DNA from: Polyangiaceae bacterium
Lineage (GTDB): Bacteria > Myxococcota_A > Polyangia > Polyangiales > Houyiibacteriaceae
Length of the DNA stretch: 46,982 nucleotides
Reading direction: 5' to 3'
Assembly: GCA_027009115.1 (NCBI GenBank)
Contig: JALVDI010000044.1
Span: forward strand, 1-46,982
The translations under genes and the position numbers were made by a program. The notes beneath the pieces were generated by a model. That model had not been told where the DNA came from and did no database searches. It saw nothing but the letters and a program-made list of their open reading frames with translations. Shown one piece after another: positions 1 to 8,620 of this stretch; within the stretch, counting starts at the first letter, position 1, and each line of letters opens with the position of its first letter.

Positions 1-1
1 G

Positions 2-1426
2 ACGCTCTACACCGCCCGCTACGGCGCGACGACCTTCGTCCCCGTCGTGGCCTTCGGTCTCGCGGTGGCGCTCTTCCTGCGTGACGTGGAGGAGAGCGAG
101 CGCCCCTGGTGGGCGGAGGCCATCGTCGCGGCGCTCTTCGTGGGCTTGCTCGTCCGGGACTTCGCGCTCTACCCGGAGAGCCCCGTGCGCGGCCTCCCCA
201 TCGAGAACCTCGCGGTCCCGGAGGTGTTCAACCCCCGCAAAGCATGGGCGGCGGTCCTCGGAGCGTTCCTTCTGGCGTTGCTGCTCGCCTTCGGCTCACG
301 ACCCGGCGAGCCGGCCCCGGACCCGCGGGCCCCCTGGCGGTGGCTGCGGGCGCAGTGGGCGCGTCGGGGCGCACACCGCTTCTGGTTGGGCCTGGCCGGC
401 ACCCTCGCCCTCGGCATGCTGGGGTTTGGGCTCGTCTCCTTCGCCGCCGCCGACGCTTTGCCCCTCCCCAGCATCGTCCCGCGCCTGGGCCGCTACCTCA
501 CCTTCGTCCCTCTGCTGGCCGCGGCCGGAGTCGTGGCGATCCCGTGGGTGTTCCACCTCTTCGGACGCCTCGGTTCCTGGCGCATGGCGGCGCTCCTCGC
601 CGCAGGCGTGGCGGTGGGCGCGTACGCCTCCCAAGGCTTCCTCCCGGCGCTGAGCTCGCACTTCTCGCCGCGCGAGGTCTACGACACCTACAACGAGCTC
701 GGCGAAGGCGAACCGCTCGCCGAGTATCGTGTGAACGGGCGCGCGGCGGCGTACTACGCGCACGGCGAGACCGTGGACATCGACACTCAGGCTGCGCTCC
801 TCGACTGGTTCGATGCGCCCGAGCGCCGCTGGGCGGTCTTCCCCGCCGACGAGCTTCCGGCCCTCAACCGAGCCTGGCGCGCGCGCAAAGGCGAGCACCT
901 CTTCGTGGCCGACGCCCGGAGCGCGCGGGTGGTCCTGGCCACCAACCAGCCCATCGGGGGCCGACCGAACCAAAACTTCATCGCCGAAGCCGTCCTCGAC
1001 GAAGCACCGGAAGTCGACGTCGAGGTGCACGCCAGGTTCGACGACAAGATCGAGCTCATCGGGTACGACCTCGAACTGCCGCAGGAAGGTTATATCGGCG
1101 CAGGCCAGACGATGGTGGTGACCTGGTACTGGCGAGTGCTCCGCCGCGTCGGTGGCTCCTACAAGATCTTCCTGCACGTGGACGGCGCCGGAAACCGACT
1201 CAACGGTGACCACGAGCCCGTCGACGGTCGCTACCCGGTGCGACTGTGGGACGAAGGGGACATCGTCGTCGACCGCCAGGAGCTGACGGTCCCGGCGAAC
1301 TACCGTCCTGGGGTCTACACTTTCTACATCGGGTTCTTTAGCGGCAACAGCCGGCTGAGCGTCGAGCCTGAGTCCCTCAACGACGGAGCCGACCGAGCGA
1401 ACGCGGGACGCATCCGGGTACGCTGA
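2..1426 (+). CDS. Integral membrane protein, 5'-truncated by the window edge; multi-TM N-part plus ~270-aa soluble C-terminal domain (possibly GT-C/PMT/ArnT-like glycosyltransferase)
   Basis: The frame is open from nt 2; the listed start at 47 is an internal GTG, and the upstream residues TLYTARYGATTFVPVV are hydrophobic. Several TM-like segments fall in the first ~190 aa, followed by a soluble domain (YKIFLHVDG..NGDHEPVDGRYP). G/C third-position bias is strong. The family guess comes from memory of similar C-terminal domains and is not verified. Confidence 0.6.
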   Translation, partial: TLYTARYGATTFVPVVAFGLAVALFLRDVEESERPWWAEAIVAALFVGLLVRDFALYPESPVRGLPIENLAVPEVFNPRKAWAAVLGAFLLALLLAFGSRPGEPAPDPRAPWRWLRAQWARRGAHRFWLGLAGTLALGMLGFGLVSFAAADALPLPSIVPRLGRYLTFVPLLAAAGVVAIPWVFHLFGRLGSWRMAALLAAGVAVGAYASQGFLPALSSHFSPREVYDTYNELGEGEPLAEYRVNGRAAAYYAHGETVDIDTQAALLDWFDAPERRWAVFPADELPALNRAWRARKGEHLFVADARSARVVLATNQPIGGRPNQNFIAEAVLDEAPEVDVEVHARFDDKIELIGYDLELPQEGYIGAGQTMVVTWYWRVLRRVGGSYKIFLHVDGAGNRLNGDHEPVDGRYPVRLWDEGDIVVDRQELTVPANYRPGVYTFYIGFFSGNSRLSVEPESLNDGADRANAGRIRVR

Positions 1427-1502
1427 GGCGGCCGCCCCCTCCAGCACGCTGCGGCGACGCCCCTCTTGTTGACGTGCGCGAATCGTGCTGGAGTCGACGT
1501 CC

Positions 1503-1865
1503 ATGGGCGACGAGCGGCGCGAGCACGAGCGGTTCCCGACCGAGCTGTCGGTGGACGTGAAGACCGGCGAGAACTTCCTCTTCGCCTACATCACCAACAT
1601 CAGCGAGATGGGCATCTTCGTCCGCTCCGACGACCCGCTACCGATCGGCACCGAGGTCAGCCTCTCGTTCACCGGCCCGGACGGCGCGAGAAACGTGAAG
1701 GTCGACGGCACCGTCGTGTGGATCAACCCCGTGCGCCCCACCGGCGACAACCCGAACCCTGGGATGGGCGTGCGCTTCGCGGGCCTGACGCCGGAGCTTC
1801 GAGAGCGGCTCGTGGAGATCGTCCGGGCGGTGGCGTATCTCCACGAGCAAAACGACGAGAGCTAA
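1503..1865 (+). CDS. PilZ domain protein (canonical c-di-GMP binding motifs; Myxococcales TIGR02266-like)
   Basis: RxxxR motif (RREHER) and D/NxSxxG motif (NISEMG). C-terminal GMGVRF segment is typical of this domain. ATG at 1503; alternative GTG at 1485. Confidence 0.8.
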   Translation: MGDERREHERFPTELSVDVKTGENFLFAYITNISEMGIFVRSDDPLPIGTEVSLSFTGPDGARNVKVDGTVVWINPVRPTGDNPNPGMGVRFAGLTPELRERLVEIVRAVAYLHEQNDES

Positions 1866-2125
1866 CGGCCCGTTGAATCATCTCTCCGTGCGCCTCACGG
1901 CCGAGAGCACGCTCCTGCGGCGCCCCTGAGGAGTCCTCGGGCCTTGGTGCATCTCGCGGGCGCGACGCTGCGTCCACGCTCGCCGTCCGCACTGGGGCGG
2001 TCCTGGCCGGCGCACCGATGCCTCTGGGCGCCTGCGCGTGCCGCCTCCACGAAAAGCCTCGAGCCTTCCTTGGCTTCCCGGGACCACGGTCGCGGCGACG
2101 CTGGGGCGGTCCTGATCGGCGCCCG

Positions 2126-2722
2126 TCAGTGGAGGCGGCGCTCGACGGTCGCGGGGGTCTGTAGCTCGGCGAGCGGGACCGCCGCTGCCAGGGCCTCGTC
2201 GACGCTCTCTTCGACCTGGAGCAGCTCACTGACTTCCACGACGTTCACCCGGTCGCCGAGGTCCTCTTCCCACGTCAGGAGCATCTCGACCCAGACGAGC
2301 TCGCGAGTGGTCGGGCGGGGCCCTCCCGGCAAACGCGGGGGCAGGCCGTAGAGCGCTCGCTGCAGCCGCTCCTCGATGTCCCGGGGGGTCTCCAAGAACT
2401 GCACCCCGAGGCCGGCGCCGCGCCGCTCCGCCGCGCGCCGGCGCAGCTCGACCCGACAAACGCGACCGAAGAGGTAGACCCGCTCGCCTCCATCCGGGGG
2501 GCAGAGCTCGATCACCAGTTCGGTCCCCGGATCCACCGGCAGGGGCGTGTCGAGGTACATGCCTCGATGACTGAGATCTCGGACCGAATGCTCCACGGGC
2601 TCGTCCCAGAGGTCGGCGACGACGGAACACACGAGGTCGACCTGACGGCGGAGGGCCTGGCGGCGTTGGGCGAAGACTTCAACGGGCTCGAGCATGCGGG
2701 CTCCTTGGACGGGCCTCATCAT
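2126..2722 (-). CDS. PilZ domain protein with C-terminal extension
   Basis: RRQALRR (RxxxR) and DLSHRG (DxSxxG), plus a GLGVQF segment. Convergent with the PilZ gene at 1503-1865. Start is ambiguous among M codons at 2722, 2719 and 2695. Confidence 0.75.
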   Translation of the reverse strand: MMRPVQGARMLEPVEVFAQRRQALRRQVDLVCSVVADLWDEPVEHSVRDLSHRGMYLDTPLPVDPGTELVIELCPPDGGERVYLFGRVCRVELRRRAAERRGAGLGVQFLETPRDIEERLQRALYGLPPRLPGGPRPTTRELVWVEMLLTWEEDLGDRVNVVEVSELLQVEESVDEALAAAVPLAELQTPATVERRLH

Positions 2723-2782
2723 CCCACATACACCTACACCCCCTCAAGAAACCGGCGCCCGCAACGATTGCGGAGCGCGTGC

Positions 2783-3661
2783 TCAGAGGGTGAGCTGCTC
2801 GTGCTCGCAGAGGACGAATCCTCCCCGGTAGGCGCCCGGCGTGGCCACGATCCGGTCGTCCTCGACGTCGAAGACCCACAACCCTTCGTGCCCCTTCATG
2901 GTGGTGCTTCCGGCGTCGAAGAGGGTCAAGGACGTCTCCGGCACGCGGACATGGTAGCGGTGGTGCACGTGCCCGAAGAGCATCGCGCCCCGCGGCCCGT
3001 CGCTCGCGCGTAGGAGGGCGTCGGCGTTCTCGAGGCCATGGGTCGCCTTGTCGGGCTCTCCGTTGGCGAGGCGCGGTGCGTAATGGGTCATCAGAAAGAC
3101 GAAGCGCCCCTCCAGCCGGGGGTGAGCGAGCACGCGGGGCAGCGCGTCGAGCTGAGCCTGGGGCACGCGCCCCGTCGAACGGACGAGATCCGGCTTGGGG
3201 CGCGCGCTGTCGACGCAGACGACCGCCACCCGCTCCCCGAAGAAACGCACCATGGGCCAGCGCCCGTCCACCGCGACCTCCGGCAGGTCCGTCGAGAGCA
3301 GATCACCGAAGTGGCGCTCGAAGGAGGCGAGGGAGTCCGGCATGTAAACGTCATGGTTGCCGTACACGGTGACCCACGCCCCAGCGGCGTCGACGATCGG
3401 CTGCACACAGCGCCGCGCGTGCGCGAGCTCCCGATCGGTGCCGACGATCGTGTAGTCGCCGGTGCAGAGCACGACATCCACCTCCCAGCGCCGCACGGCC
3501 TCGGCGAGTTCGGCGAGCTTGCGTGGAGCGTCCACGTAGCGGTGGCGGCGCCGCAAGCGGTAGTTCACCAGACCCATGAGCCGCCGGCTCGCCAGCACGC
3601 GGGCCGAGACCGTGCCCCGGGGCGCCGGAACATGGACATCGCTGAAGTGGAGCAGACGCAT
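2783..3661 (-). CDS. Calcineurin-like metallophosphoesterase
   Basis: Motifs HFSDVHV, GDYT, GNHD and GHVHH. The ATG at 3661 overlaps the argC stop (TGATG on the minus strand). I rejected the ORF-track extension to 3928 because it is Arg-rich and overlaps argC. Confidence 0.85.
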   Translation of the reverse strand: MRLLHFSDVHVPAPRGTVSARVLASRRLMGLVNYRLRRRHRYVDAPRKLAELAEAVRRWEVDVVLCTGDYTIVGTDRELAHARRCVQPIVDAAGAWVTVYGNHDVYMPDSLASFERHFGDLLSTDLPEVAVDGRWPMVRFFGERVAVVCVDSARPKPDLVRSTGRVPQAQLDALPRVLAHPRLEGRFVFLMTHYAPRLANGEPDKATHGLENADALLRASDGPRGAMLFGHVHHRYHVRVPETSLTLFDAGSTTMKGHEGLWVFDVEDDRIVATPGAYRGGFVLCEHEQLTL

Positions 3662-4704
3662 CAAGGCCACGCCGCGAGCGCCTGCAGGCCGGCTCCCTCG
3701 GGAAAGCCGAAGCGGACGTTGGCGCCCTGCACCGCTTGGCCCGCTGCACCCTTCACCAGGTTGTCGATGACGCTCATGGCGATCACCCGTCCGGTCCGCC
3801 CATCGAGGTGGTAAGCGAGCTGAGCGCGGTTGCTGCCACGCACCCAGAGCGTGTCGGGGTGGGTACCGGCGTCGCGAACGACGACGCTCGGGGAGCCCTC
3901 GTAGAGCCGACGGGCGGCGTCCGTGCATCGCTCCGCGGTCACGCCGGGGCGCGCGGCCGCGTAGGCCGTCACGAGGATTCCGCGGGACATCGGCACGAGG
4001 TGGGGAGTGAAGGTCAGCGTGACGGAGCGACCGGCGACGGCGCCCAAGGCCTGCTCGATCTCCGGCGTGTGGCGATGGAGCCCGCCGGCCTTGTAGGCCC
4101 GAAGACCTTCAGCGACCTCCGCGAAGTGGGTCGCGGCGCCGGGTTTGCGGCCCGCACCCGACACCCCGCTCTTGGCGTCGACGACGAGGCCCTCGGGCTC
4201 GACGAGCCCCGCAGACAGAAGGGGCGCCAGCGCGAGGATGCTGGCGGTGGGGTAGCAGCCCGGAACGGCGACCAGCTCGGCCCGGCGCAGCGCCTCGCGG
4301 TGGAGCTCGACGAGGCCATAAACCGCAGAGCTCAGGAGCTCCGGAGCACCGTGAGCGCCGTACCATTGCGTGTACACCTCGAGCTCGCGCAAGCGGAAGT
4401 CCGCGCTGAGGTCGAAGACCACGACGCCGGCCTCCCGGAGCGCGGCGACGGTCGGCGCGCTCGCGCCGTGGGGCAGAGCACAGAACGCGACGTCAGCGCG
4501 CCTGGCGATCGACGCGGCGTCGAAGCCCTCGATCGAGCCCGCCACGACGCCCGCCAGGGACGGGAGCACGTCGGCGATCGTGCGGCCAGCCGTGGAGCTC
4601 CCCACGAGAGGTCCGAGCTCGATGTGGGGGTGCCCGTGGAGCAGGCGTACGAGCTCGGCGCCGGTGTATCCGGTCGCGCCCACGACCGCCGCGGTTGTCG
4701 CCAT
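3661..4704 (-). CDS. argC: N-acetyl-gamma-glutamyl-phosphate reductase
   Basis: N-terminal Rossmann motif VVGATGYTGAELVRLL and active-site motif PGCYPT. Length is ~347 aa from the ATG at 4704. The upstream extension to 4836 runs through terminator hairpins and was rejected. Confidence 0.93.
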   Translation of the reverse strand: MATTAAVVGATGYTGAELVRLLHGHPHIELGPLVGSSTAGRTIADVLPSLAGVVAGSIEGFDAASIARRADVAFCALPHGASAPTVAALREAGVVVFDLSADFRLRELEVYTQWYGAHGAPELLSSAVYGLVELHREALRRAELVAVPGCYPTASILALAPLLSAGLVEPEGLVVDAKSGVSGAGRKPGAATHFAEVAEGLRAYKAGGLHRHTPEIEQALGAVAGRSVTLTFTPHLVPMSRGILVTAYAAARPGVTAERCTDAARRLYEGSPSVVVRDAGTHPDTLWVRGSNRAQLAYHLDGRTGRVIAMSVIDNLVKGAAGQAVQGANVRFGFPEGAGLQALAAWP

Positions 4705-4800
4705 GGCGCGCAGCTTGGCGGCAGGCCTCATACCGTGCAACCGGCGCCGCGACCAGACGAGACACCCAGATGCCCGGCCACGACGCGGCGGCGACGCGCC

Positions 4801-4828
4801 AAGAAGAAAGGCCACCTCTCGGCGGCCT
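4801..4828 (-). terminator. Rho-independent terminator, distal copy (stem with one G-U pair)
   Basis: Minus strand reads AGGCCGCC-GAGA-GGUGGCCU followed by UUCUUCUU. It is the second unit of a 47-nt tandem duplication. Confidence 0.6.
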
Positions 4829-4847
4829 CGTGTCACGACGGCGCACC

Positions 4848-4875
4848 AAGAAGAAAGGCCGCCTCTCGGCGGCCT
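4848..4875 (-). terminator. Rho-independent terminator of rplM-rpsI, proximal copy
   Basis: Minus strand reads AGGCCGCC-GAGA-GGCGGCCU, a perfect 8-bp stem with a GAGA loop, followed by UUCUUCUU. It lies 22 nt downstream of the rpsI stop. Confidence 0.8.
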
Positions 4876-4896
4876 CGTGTCACGAGCATCGAACGC

Positions 4897-5304
4897 TCAG
4901 CGCTTCGAGTACTGGAACTTCTTGCGGGCACCGGGCTGGCCGGGCTTCTTGCGCTCCTTCTTGCGAGCGTCACGCGTGATGTAGCCGGCGCGCTTGAGCT
5001 CCCCCTTCAGCGTCTCGTCGGAGGCCACCAGCGCGCGCGCGATGCCGTGCCGGATCGCCTGCGCCTGCGCCGCGATCCCGCCGCCGGCGACGTTCACCTC
5101 GACGTCGTACTTGCCGGCCCTGCCGAGCACCTGGAAGGGCTGCTCGACGACCATGCGGAGGATCTCGCGCGGGAAGTAGTCGTCGAAGCTGCGCTTGTTG
5201 ATGGTGACCTTGCCCTCGCCTTCCTTGAGGAAGACGCGAGCGACGGCCGTCTTGCGCTTGCCGGTGCCGTAGAAGCGACCGTTGATGACCTTGGGCTTCG
5301 CCAT
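4897..5304 (-). CDS. rpsI: 30S ribosomal protein S9
   Basis: Typical S9 sequence: [12 protein letters not shown] ... [19 protein letters not shown] ... [19 protein letters not shown]. Confidence 0.98.
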   Translation of the reverse strand: MAKPKVINGRFYGTGKRKTAVARVFLKEGEGKVTINKRSFDDYFPREILRMVVEQPFQVLGRAGKYDVEVNVAGGGIAAQAQAIRHGIARALVASDETLKGELKRAGYITRDARKKERKKPGQPGARKKFQYSKR

Positions 5305-5305
5305 A

Positions 5306-5734
5306 TCAGAGCTCGTAGGGCTGCGGCTTCTGGGCCGCGTGGGGGTGGGTGGGACCAGCGTAGACCTTCAGCTTTCGGAAGCACTTCCGCCCGAGGGAAG
5401 TCTTGGGGAGCATCCCCTTGACCGCCTTTTCGATGACGAAGGCCGGCTTACGCGCGAGGAGGTCGCCGTAGGCTTCCGAGTAGAGGCCGCCGGGGTAGCC
5501 CGAGTGGTGGTACCAGCGCTTGTCCGTGAGCTTCTTGCCGGTGAGCTTCACCTTCTCGGCATTGATGACGACGACGAAATCGCCGGCGTCCGCGTGAGGG
5601 GTGAAGTCCGGCCGGTGCTTGCCACGGAGGACACTGGCGACCTTGGAGGCCAAACGGCCCAGCGATTGGTCGGTCGCATCGACGACATACCAGTGACGCT
5701 CGACCTCGGATTCTTTGGCGCTGACGGTGCGCAT
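5306..5734 (-). CDS. rplM: 50S ribosomal protein L13
   Basis: Typical L13 sequence: [38 protein letters not shown] at 5734 is preceded by GAGG ~10 nt upstream; the ORF-track start at 5743 is a TTG. The stop lies 1 nt before the rpsI ATG. Confidence 0.97.
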   Translation of the reverse strand: MRTVSAKESEVERHWYVVDATDQSLGRLASKVASVLRGKHRPDFTPHADAGDFVVVINAEKVKLTGKKLTDKRWYHHSGYPGGLYSEAYGDLLARKPAFVIEKAVKGMLPKTSLGRKCFRKLKVYAGPTHPHAAQKPQPYEL

Positions 5735-5785
5735 GGAAAACAAACCTCGAAAGAGCCCGCGAGGGCGGGCGTTCAGGGGGCGGGT

Positions 5786-5814
5786 CTCTTAGCTTCCGCG
5801 CTGGAGGGTGTCAA
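5786..5814 (-). promoter_or_regulatory. Candidate sigma-70-type promoter of rplM-rpsI
   Basis: Minus strand reads TTGACA (5814-5809), a 17-nt spacer, then TAAGAG (5791-5786). It lies ~50 nt upstream of the rplM ATG. Sequence match only. Confidence 0.45.
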
Positions 5815-5902
5815 GCGAAGTCCGGGCCCACGACCCGGCCGCGCCGCACGTCCAGGGGTGGGAACCGGCCAGGACGCCTCGAAGGGATCGCCGCAGGGGT
5901 CC

Positions 5903-5977
5903 AAGAATCTTCGAGACTTCCTCGCCCGCCGGCACCGCGCAGGGGCATCCTCGCGACCGCGATCCATCACGGTCGAT
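5903..5977 (-). repeat. Dispersed intergenic repeat, copy A (reverse orientation relative to copies B and C)
   Basis: Reverse complement carries the invariant 16-mer GATGGATCGCGGTCGC (5953-5968) within the hairpin CGACCGTG-ATGGAT-CGCGGTCG, and the box GAAGTCTCGAAGATTCTT (rc of 5903-5920). Confidence 0.8.
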
Positions 5978-6004
5978 CGTTCAGCGGGCTGCTAACCTCG
6001 CCGG

Positions 6005-8614
6005 GTGGAGGAGACCCAGGCGACCGGGACCAAGGCGCGGCCGTACGAGCCAAACGCGCTGCTGCGGTGGATCTACCGGCGCTTCTTCAGCCACATCGCC
6101 GTCGACGAGGCCTGGAGCGGGGTCGTCCGCGAGTCCGCCCGCCGGGGCGTCGTCGTCTACGTGATGCGCTCGATCTCCTTCCTGGACTTCCTCTGCCTCG
6201 ACTTCCTGACGAAGCGCTTCGGGCTGCCCCTGGTGCGCTTCGTCAACGACCTGGGGCTGTGGATCCTCGAGCCCTTCGGCAAGGGCGACCGCCGCCTGCG
6301 ACTCAAGCGGATGCGACCCGAAGACGAAGAGCTCGCCGAGGTCGTCGAGGAGGGGCACAGCGCCCTGCTCTTCCTGCGCAAGCCCCCACGTATCGGGAGC
6401 CGCGCTCGAAAGGGGCGCGACCTCGAGACCGACCTGATCCGGACCCTCGTAGAGACACAGCGGCGGATCGACCGACCGATCCTGCTCCAACCTCAGACCT
6501 TCGTCTGGAGCCAACGCCCACCGCAGCGCGAGCGAGGGCTGGTGGACCTCTTCTTTGGCCCCGTGGAATGGCCCGGCCGCCTCCGCGTGCTGATGCAGTT
6601 CCTGCTGAACTACCGCAACGCCCTGCTGCGCTCGGGCGAGCCCTTCGACCTGGGAGCGTTCGTCGCCGAACACCCGGAGCTGACGGACGCGGAGATCGCC
6701 GACAAGGTCCGCTACGCGCTGCTCCGGCGCATGGAGCGGGAACGCACGCTCGTGCTCGGCCCCACGAAGAAGACGCCGACGCGTATTCGCGAGGAGCTGC
6801 TGCGGAGCCCCCGCGTCCGCAAGCAGATCGAGGAAGAGGCCCGCCGGAGCAAGCGCAGCGTCTCCGCCGTCGAGAAGGAAGCGCAGCGAGAGCTCAAGAA
6901 GCTTCAGGCCATCCAGCAGCCGTGGATGCTCTCGCTCCTCAACCGGATACTCGACTGGGTCTTCAGTCGCATCTACGACGGCGTCGTGGTCGACGACGAG
7001 GGCCTCGAACGTGTGCGGGAGGCGGCGCGGGAGGGCACGCTCATCTACCTGCCGAGCCACAAGAGCCACGTCGACTACTTGGTGCTCAGCCATGTGCTCT
7101 TCCAGCGTGCCCTGAGTCCACCGCTGATCGCCGCCGGCGAAAACCTCAGCTTCTTCCCGCTGGGGCCCATCCTTCGCCGCGGAGGTGCGTTCTTCATTCG
7201 GCGCAGCTTCCGGGGGCGAAAGCTCTACAGCGCCCTCGTCGACGCTTACATCCGCCGGCTGATCGTCGAAGGCTTCCCCATCGAGTTCTTCCTCGAGGGA
7301 GGACGCTCACGGACCGGCAAGCTGCTGCCCCCGAAGTATGGGCTGCTGACGATGGTCGTCGACGCCGCCCTGAAGCTGCGGATGAAGAAGGTCTTCTTCG
7401 TGCCGATCTCCATCGGCTACGAACGGGTCATCGAGGAGCGATCCTACGTCCACGAGTTGGGCGGCGGAGAGAAGCAAAAAGAGGACATCGGCGGCCTCCT
7501 CAAGACGCCGCAGGTCCTCCGCTCGAAGTACGGCCGCCTCTACGTTCAGTTCGGCGAAATCTTGTCCATCGACGAGGCGATCCGGGACGCCGTCGGAGAC
7601 GACGCCGTCGAGGACCGCGACCGGATCACGCCGCCGAAGCGGCGAGGCCTCGTCCAGCGCATCGCGCACCGGATGACCTATCAGATCGACCGTGCCACGG
7701 TCGTCACGCCCGCGGCGCTGGTGGCGACGGCGCTCCTCACGCACCAGCGCCGCGGGATCGCGAAGCGCGACCTACAGGATCGCGCCCGGATGCTCCTGAG
7801 CGCGCTGCAGCGCATGGGCGCTCGCCCGGCCAAATCGCTCCTCGACGGGAGCGGCGCCCTCCGCGTCGAGACCCTCGATGAAGCGATCGCGCTCTTCGAG
7901 GACGGCAAGCTCTTGCGGGCGGTCCAGGCCGAGGGCCGAGAGGTGATCTACAACGTCCCCGAACAGCGGCGACTGGCCCTCGAATACTACAAGAACAACA
8001 TCCTCAATTTCTTCGTGCCACGGGCGCTGATCAGCGCAGCGATGCTGCCCTTCGGCGAGCAGCCGGCCCCCGTCAAAGAGCTACGTGCGCAGGTCCGGTG
8101 GCTCTCGCGCCTCTTCAAGTATGAGTTCATGTACCGCGCCGACGCCCCCTACGACGCGATCTTCGGCGACGCCCTGGCGGCGATGGTGAGCGACGACGAG
8201 ATCGCGTGGAACGGCGACGAGGTGCGGCGCGGCGAGGCCGGCAAGCACCTCGAGGTCTACGCCTCGATGATCCGCTCCTACTTCGAGGCCTACCTCCTGG
8301 CCGTCCGCGCTACGAACCTCCTCGACGAGGCCCCCATGGACCGCAAGGACTGGGTGGGCCGGGCGCTCGCCCTCGGCCAACGGATGTACCTCGCCGGTGA
8401 GATCGAGCTGCGCGAGTCGATCTCCAAGCCCAAGATCGACAACGCGCTCTTGGCGCTCAAGGACCTGGGCTTCGTTCGCTTCCTGGCCAACGACCGAATC
8501 GCCAAGTTCGACGCCGGAGAGGTGTCCCGGCCAGAGGACGACCACACCCCAGCGACGCCACTGATGATGGCCCGCCGCCTCGAGGACTTTCTTCGCCCTG
8601 TCACTGCGAGGTAG
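6005..8614 (+). CDS. plsB: Glycerol-3-phosphate 1-O-acyltransferase
   Basis: 869 aa. Acyltransferase HX4D motif (PSHKSHVDYL), plus FFIRRSF and FLEGGRSRTGK blocks typical of PlsB. GTG start at 6005. Confidence 0.9.
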   Translation: MEETQATGTKARPYEPNALLRWIYRRFFSHIAVDEAWSGVVRESARRGVVVYVMRSISFLDFLCLDFLTKRFGLPLVRFVNDLGLWILEPFGKGDRRLRLKRMRPEDEELAEVVEEGHSALLFLRKPPRIGSRARKGRDLETDLIRTLVETQRRIDRPILLQPQTFVWSQRPPQRERGLVDLFFGPVEWPGRLRVLMQFLLNYRNALLRSGEPFDLGAFVAEHPELTDAEIADKVRYALLRRMERERTLVLGPTKKTPTRIREELLRSPRVRKQIEEEARRSKRSVSAVEKEAQRELKKLQAIQQPWMLSLLNRILDWVFSRIYDGVVVDDEGLERVREAAREGTLIYLPSHKSHVDYLVLSHVLFQRALSPPLIAAGENLSFFPLGPILRRGGAFFIRRSFRGRKLYSALVDAYIRRLIVEGFPIEFFLEGGRSRTGKLLPPKYGLLTMVVDAALKLRMKKVFFVPISIGYERVIEERSYVHELGGGEKQKEDIGGLLKTPQVLRSKYGRLYVQFGEILSIDEAIRDAVGDDAVEDRDRITPPKRRGLVQRIAHRMTYQIDRATVVTPAALVATALLTHQRRGIAKRDLQDRARMLLSALQRMGARPAKSLLDGSGALRVETLDEAIALFEDGKLLRAVQAEGREVIYNVPEQRRLALEYYKNNILNFFVPRALISAAMLPFGEQPAPVKELRAQVRWLSRLFKYEFMYRADAPYDAIFGDALAAMVSDDEIAWNGDEVRRGEAGKHLEVYASMIRSYFEAYLLAVRATNLLDEAPMDRKDWVGRALALGQRMYLAGEIELRESISKPKIDNALLALKDLGFVRFLANDRIAKFDAGEVSRPEDDHTPATPLMMARRLEDFLRPVTAR

Positions 8615-8620
8615 AGCCCC

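Noticed and set aside
1469-1497. TTGACG hexamer upstream of the first PilZ gene, considered as a promoter -35 element.
   Set aside because: No acceptable -10 hexamer lies at 16-18 nt spacing, and the region overlaps the possible GTG start at 1485.
2783-3928. N-terminal extensions suggested by the ORF track for several genes: 2783-3928, 3661-4836, 9615-10736, 10681-11376, 14002-14430, 14310-15515, 15220-16302, 29542-30264, 31957-33018, 33474-34946, 39443-41164 and 42279-43295.
   Set aside because: The extended parts are Arg/Pro-rich, overlap upstream genes or terminators, and precede internal starts that give family-typical N-termini. Those internal starts often show start/stop overlaps or an SD sequence. 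I trimmed to them.
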